This document shows, piece after piece, positions 53,517 through 57,164 of a DNA stretch of 57,164 nucleotides. Source of the DNA: an uncultured Candidatus Saccharibacteria bacterium (GTDB lineage Bacteria; Patescibacteriota; UBA1384; DATEAH01; CAYPSR01). The notes below the pieces were generated by a model. The model saw nothing but the letters and a program-made list of their open reading frames with translations. It searched no databases and had not been told where the DNA came from. The stretch is taken from NCBI GenBank assembly GCA_964448035.1, contig CAYUUY010000001.1, positions 1 to 57,164 of the forward strand, read 5' to 3'. Positions within the stretch are counted from its first letter, which is position 1, and every line of letters starts with the position of its first letter. The translations under genes were made by a program, and so were the position numbers.

Positions 53517-53750
53517 TTATTCCTTTTCGCCAAATCTACCTTTTAAGTTTGCCACTGATATGTTTAAAGTATTGATGTCATTGGTGTTTTTATCAACAGT
53601 TTTAATGATTTTTTTCAAATCCAAATCAATGTGAGCCAAATGATTTTCTGTTATTTTTTTAAATGCCCATACACCAGCAATACCCATACCAATTGTTAAG
53701 AGAAACGATGCTAATTGTAATCCTATTTTGATGTACTCAATCGATTGCAT
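53517..53750 (-). CDS. Single-pass membrane protein (holin-like by topology only)
   Basis: One TM segment 'LQLASFLLTIGMGIAGVWAF' followed by a charged coiled tail; immediately upstream of the peptidase. Confidence 0.4.
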   Translation of the reverse strand: MQSIEYIKIGLQLASFLLTIGMGIAGVWAFKKITENHLAHIDLDLKKIIKTVDKNTNDINTLNISVANLKGRFGEKE

Positions 53751-53763
53751 GAAGTCTTCTCCT

Positions 53764-54264
53764 TTACGTTAACCAACATTTGATTGTGGTTCTATATCTA
53801 TTTTTATCATATAAATCAGCATCATCACCTGTATTAACAGGATTACTCGACACAAAACTTAAATTAATATGACCAGAATCTGTTTCTGTTGGTGCATCAG
53901 GAAACCCAGCATTTACAGTATACTCATAATAAGTCATACCATTTTTTATTAAATCTTCAAGCCATTCTGCTAAATTTGATTCTTGCCCTGGTAAAAGCGT
54001 TCGACATTCTATAATAACTAAATAATCTTTTAATTGATTATTGGAACCGAGTTCTAATGGAACAGAAATTTTACTATCATAATATAATTGAATAAGAGGT
54101 AAATTCCAACTATTGTTAACTGTTTTTCCGATTCTAACCGATATATCTTGTGCAACACCATTTTGATCGAGCAATTGTAATGATTGTGATAATATTTGTG
54201 CATCTATAAACTTTTTAATAGAATTCTCAATATTAGATGGTGTTTGCCATGATAGAATAGCCAT
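53764..54264 (-). CDS. Putative tail completion/terminator protein
   Basis: Position upstream of the major tail gene; 166 aa. Confidence 0.35.
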   Translation of the reverse strand: MAILSWQTPSNIENSIKKFIDAQILSQSLQLLDQNGVAQDISVRIGKTVNNSWNLPLIQLYYDSKISVPLELGSNNQLKDYLVIIECRTLLPGQESNLAEWLEDLIKNGMTYYEYTVNAGFPDAPTETDSGHINLSFVSSNPVNTGDDADLYDKNRYRTTIKCWLT

Positions 54265-54764
54265 TATTTAGTTGCCCTCTCTGCAATTACCGATAATTTT
54301 GCTTCTGTTCGTTCTATATAGTTATGTGGCTCTATTGGTTTCGTAATAATAGGAGCGTATGTTTTGTTTCCCTGATTTAATCCTTTATAAAATCTTCCAT
54401 CTCTAAACGATCCTGCATCGGGCATTGGGATTCCTGGACTAAAAGTTCCTTTGGGCATTTGTTTGCCAACCAAATGAGAACTACCATAATTAAGAGAAGC
54501 CCAATAGGCGGCGTTAGCGTCCAAATAACTTATATTTCCAATTCCTACAGATAATAGGGTATCTCTTTCTGCAAAAATACTGTTTTCTAAATTTCCAGTT
54601 GAACCAGGACGTTGAATACTTGACCTAATTTGTCCCTGCATTTCTTCTACTGTTAATTGTCCTGCTATATCAAGATGATTGCTGGCAATAGGTAAAACAT
54701 ATTCTTTTATTTCATCGGATAATTTTTTAGAACTCTGTTTTTTTACTCTTACTCTGGTTGCCAT
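54264..54764 (-). CDS. Putative head-tail connector (HK97 gp10-like position)
   Basis: Position; 166 aa; ATG/stop coupling with its neighbour. Confidence 0.35.
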   Translation of the reverse strand: MATRVRVKKQSSKKLSDEIKEYVLPIASNHLDIAGQLTVEEMQGQIRSSIQRPGSTGNLENSIFAERDTLLSVGIGNISYLDANAAYWASLNYGSSHLVGKQMPKGTFSPGIPMPDAGSFRDGRFYKGLNQGNKTYAPIITKPIEPHNYIERTEAKLSVIAERATK

Positions 54765-54765
54765 T

Positions 54766-55164
54766 TTAAATCTCTTTTCTAAAAATCATAATTGTAGAAT
54801 AACCAAGTTGACTTCCTAAAAGTTGAAACTTATTTCCTACAGCATCATTATATATATAATATTCTATTGATTTAATTGTTATACGATTACTCAGTTTTAT
54901 AAGAGATACATCATTGTCTTTTACTACTATTTTTTTTGCACCTATCGAAACATTTCCTATATTTTTTAAAATTAACTCTTCAGGTTTTGCATCACGAACA
55001 ATAGCCTTTACTGTTTCATAATTTTGATCTGTTATTGTATACCCTACATCACGAAATTTATCATAACTTGCATGTTTGGATTTTGTTTTTGGAAGATAAA
55101 CAGATATTTTTTCTGCATAATCCCTAAATATTTGATCTGCATAACATTTATCAGTATTGTTCAT
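54766..55164 (-). CDS. Putative head-tail connector protein
   Basis: Position; 132 aa. Confidence 0.35.
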   Translation of the reverse strand: MNNTDKCYADQIFRDYAEKISVYLPKTKSKHASYDKFRDVGYTITDQNYETVKAIVRDAKPEELILKNIGNVSIGAKKIVVKDNDVSLIKLSNRITIKSIEYYIYNDAVGNKFQLLGSQLGYSTIMIFRKEI

Positions 55165-55176
55165 TTTTTGTCCTAA

Positions 55177-55566
55177 TTAACTTGGTATTGTCCATCTTAT
55201 TTCTTGTGCAGATAATTCAATAGGTATAACTCTTGTTTCCAAACAATCTCCATCAGCATCTTCTAATTCAATTTCAATAAATGATTGTTTTAAAAAATTG
55301 GTTGTTAAATCTTTATCTACATGTAACGTGAATATTCCATTACTAGCGTCAGTTATCAAAATTTGTAAATCTGTACCGCCCGAATTAGATGTTGCTATTT
55401 GAATAGAATTATTACTATTGTCAAACACTTCTGCTCGTATTTTAAAATTTGTTATATCAAAATGCGTATAAACCTGCAAATCAATACTAGAACCCTTATA
55501 ATACTTTAATTTAGTATTTACTGTATTTTGTCCAATAAAATCAATGCCTATTTTTCGTATAGTCAT
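55177..55566 (-). CDS. hypothetical beta-rich structural protein
   Basis: 129-aa ORF in the head-tail joining region. Confidence 0.4.
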   Translation of the reverse strand: MTIRKIGIDFIGQNTVNTKLKYYKGSSIDLQVYTHFDITNFKIRAEVFDNSNNSIQIATSNSGGTDLQILITDASNGIFTLHVDKDLTTNFLKQSFIEIELEDADGDCLETRVIPIELSAQEIRWTIPS

Positions 55567-55649
55567 TTTATACTTCCTCTTTTAAATCTTCATCAAATGT
55601 TATTTCACCCAAAAAGCTAGTGAATTGTTGGAATGCTTCACCAATTAAG

Positions 55650-56174
55650 TCATTGATTTTTGTTTTCTCGTGCAGATATTGAAAATTCTTTAGTTTTTAT
55701 AGACACATTTTTAGGATCAATTATAATCGCTGAAATAATCGCTATTTGATAGGCTTCTTTTAAAGATGGAAAATCACCATTAAGTGTCCAAACTTCATCT
55801 CTTCCACTATTCAGCAAAAATATTTTTTTATATCCATATTGGCTAAAATACGCAAATGATGATTCTATATAATTTACAATTTCTGTGTCGCTATATTTAC
55901 AATAAAAAGAGTATCGTATAATTATTATATCATCAGTTGTTAATGATGATGTTATTGTTATCATGTTTGTTACTGAATTATATGACCATCCACTGAGTAA
56001 TGATGTTCCGTTTACTGTAATAGATATTGTGGACGAATCAGGAAAATCCTCAGTTAATGAAAATGATGTGTCACCTTTATATTGAAAAACATCACGGCCC
56101 TTTATTGATAATGAATCGCCTATTATTGTTCTTGTTAATCTTTTAATAAATGAAATCTCATAATAATTAGTCAT
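55650..56174 (-). CDS. Putative head-tail adaptor protein
   Basis: Position; 174 aa. Confidence 0.35.
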   Translation of the reverse strand: MTNYYEISFIKRLTRTIIGDSLSIKGRDVFQYKGDTSFSLTEDFPDSSTISITVNGTSLLSGWSYNSVTNMITITSSLTTDDIIIIRYSFYCKYSDTEIVNYIESSFAYFSQYGYKKIFLLNSGRDEVWTLNGDFPSLKEAYQIAIISAIIIDPKNVSIKTKEFSISARENKNQ

Positions 56175-56547
56175 TCTTTTTTATCCTCGGAAGACACTCA
56201 TATGTATTTATTTTGCCATTTCTATTTACTAACTTAAATCTATATTTCATTAATAATTTATGAAAATCAACAGAATATTCTAATGTTATTTTACAATATT
56301 GGTTGTGGTTCCATAAGAAAATTCTCAATAAATCATCAGCAACTTTAATGTTATCAACAACCAAAAACAGATGACGCTGATAACAAAGTATAAAACCTGT
56401 CCAATCGCTATGCACAAAACAAGGAATATTAAATTTAATTATACTTTTATATAATAACTTTATTTTTTTTCTATCAGTCAAATATTTTTTTCTAGTACAA
56501 TAATCAAAAAATGAAAGATAATCTTTGTTTGTTATTTGGTCAATCAT
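56167..56547 (-). CDS. hypothetical basic protein
   Basis: 126-aa ORF downstream of the capsid-gene hairpin; composition unlike structural neighbours. Confidence 0.45.
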   Translation of the reverse strand: MIDQITNKDYLSFFDYCTRKKYLTDRKKIKLLYKSIIKFNIPCFVHSDWTGFILCYQRHLFLVVDNIKVADDLLRIFLWNHNQYCKITLEYSVDFHKLLMKYRFKLVNRNGKINTYECLPRIKKND

Positions 56548-56575
56548 ATTATTCCTTTTCTGTTATGGTTGTGGA

Positions 56576-56597
56576 GAGGGAGAATTTAATCTCCCTC
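56576..56597 (-). repeat. GC-rich hairpin, copy B, 17 nt after the stop of the probable capsid gene
   Basis: Plus strand GAGGGAGAATTTAATCTCCCTC; same 22-mer as copy A but inverted relative to transcription. Confidence 0.65.
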
Positions 56598-56613
56598 AAC
56601 ATAACATTATCTA

Positions 56614-57164
56614 TTAGCTACGTGTAAACTTAGCAATAGGGTTAGAGTTAATAATAACTGCACCATATTGCTGTACACCTGCATAACCAAGAGCAAACTT
56701 ATCAAGAGCATCTACTGATTTGTTAGAACCAGTAAAAATAATTGCTCTTTCTTTATTTACTATTTGTGTGTCAAGTGCTTTACTTATAACTGAATCTGAC
56801 ATTTTTCTACGTGCAAAAATACCAGGCTTATTTTTTTTGCTATCAGAAACCGCTACTAAATAAGCTACATCGTCGTCAATAACGTCTTTAGAAACACCAC
56901 CAACATATACATCAAGAGATTCAACTGGTATATGCTCATCAACAATACTCATAACAGACTGTTCTCTATTTTTGTCAGCATTATAATCTAAAAGATCAAC
57001 GTCTTCTGTAACATTAGTACCAGTAACCAAAACAAGCTTTTGGCCATACTTGCGAATGGCTTTCTTCATCGCATATAATTTAGGTATATTGAGCCTTGTA
57101 TATCCAGAATCAAGAGTAAAAACATTACCATGACCATCATTAAAAGTAACCCATTGGCCTACAT
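56614..57164 (-). CDS. Probable major capsid protein, 3' part (ORF runs off the window edge)
   Basis: The reading frame stays open upstream of the track ATG (57069) to position 57164 ('..VGQWVTFNDGHGNVFTLDSGYTRLNIPKLYAMKKAIRK..'). It is the first gene before the connector set and is followed by a stable hairpin; assignment by position only. Confidence 0.35.
   Translation of the reverse strand, partial: VGQWVTFNDGHGNVFTLDSGYTRLNIPKLYAMKKAIRKYGQKLVLVTGTNVTEDVDLLDYNADKNREQSVMSIVDEHIPVESLDVYVGGVSKDVIDDDVAYLVAVSDSKKNKPGIFARRKMSDSVISKALDTQIVNKERAIIFTGSNKSVDALDKFALGYAGVQQYGAVIINSNPIAKFTRS

Noticed and set aside
1-57164. CRISPR arrays, rRNA genes, integrase or attachment sites, and transposases.
   Set aside because: No regularly spaced direct repeats, no rRNA-like conserved segments, and no tyrosine or serine recombinase or DDE motifs were seen in any ORF. 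The only mobile elements supported are the inteins and the HNH-type homing genes.

Overview
This window looks like a strongly AT-rich tailed dsDNA phage (Caudoviricetes) genome segment. All calls rest on reading the ORF track and sequence by eye; no homology search was run.

There are two convergent transcription blocks:
- **Plus strand, 21-37150:** replication, repair and accessory genes. They include an ATP-dependent DNA ligase, a SprT-like protease, a PNK-like kinase, an HD hydrolase, an intein-containing family B DNA polymerase and a Dam-class methyltransferase broken by an in-frame TAA. They also include an RNA ligase, a Rad50/SbcC ATPase split into two genes around an Mre11-like nuclease, and many small zinc-ribbon ORFs.
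- **Glycan island, about 20.1-35.1 kb, on the same strand:** two DUF115/GT42-like enzymes, GT2, a GT-D-like protein, a pyruvyl transferase, a B12-radical SAM enzyme, a SAM methyltransferase, an LbH acetyltransferase, a GT1/CgeB-like protein and HAD-like proteins.
- **Minus strand, 57164-37143:** a siphovirus-like late module with a probable capsid gene 3' end, connector proteins, a papain-like C1 peptidase, a large major tail protein, a 1003-aa tape measure, and LamG-type tail fibre and receptor-binding genes.

The main result is three related LAGLIDADG inteins sharing an unusual C-terminal 'SGN'. One sits in PolB motif B. The other two sit in very unusual hosts: a DUF115/GT42-like glycosyltransferase and a B12-binding radical SAM enzyme, both inside the glycan island.

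Other notable points:
- Three free-standing HNH-type homing endonuclease genes, one of them frameshifted.
- A promoter motif (TTGACA-N18-TATAAT with TG extension) repeated four times.
- An identical 22-nt GC-rich hairpin, in inverted orientation, after the two presumed most abundant structural genes.
- A promoter-plus-terminator-flanked structured element antisense to the late operon.
- A triplicated N-terminal module in small proteins that follow the tail fibre genes.

No tRNA, rRNA, CRISPR array or integrase was seen.
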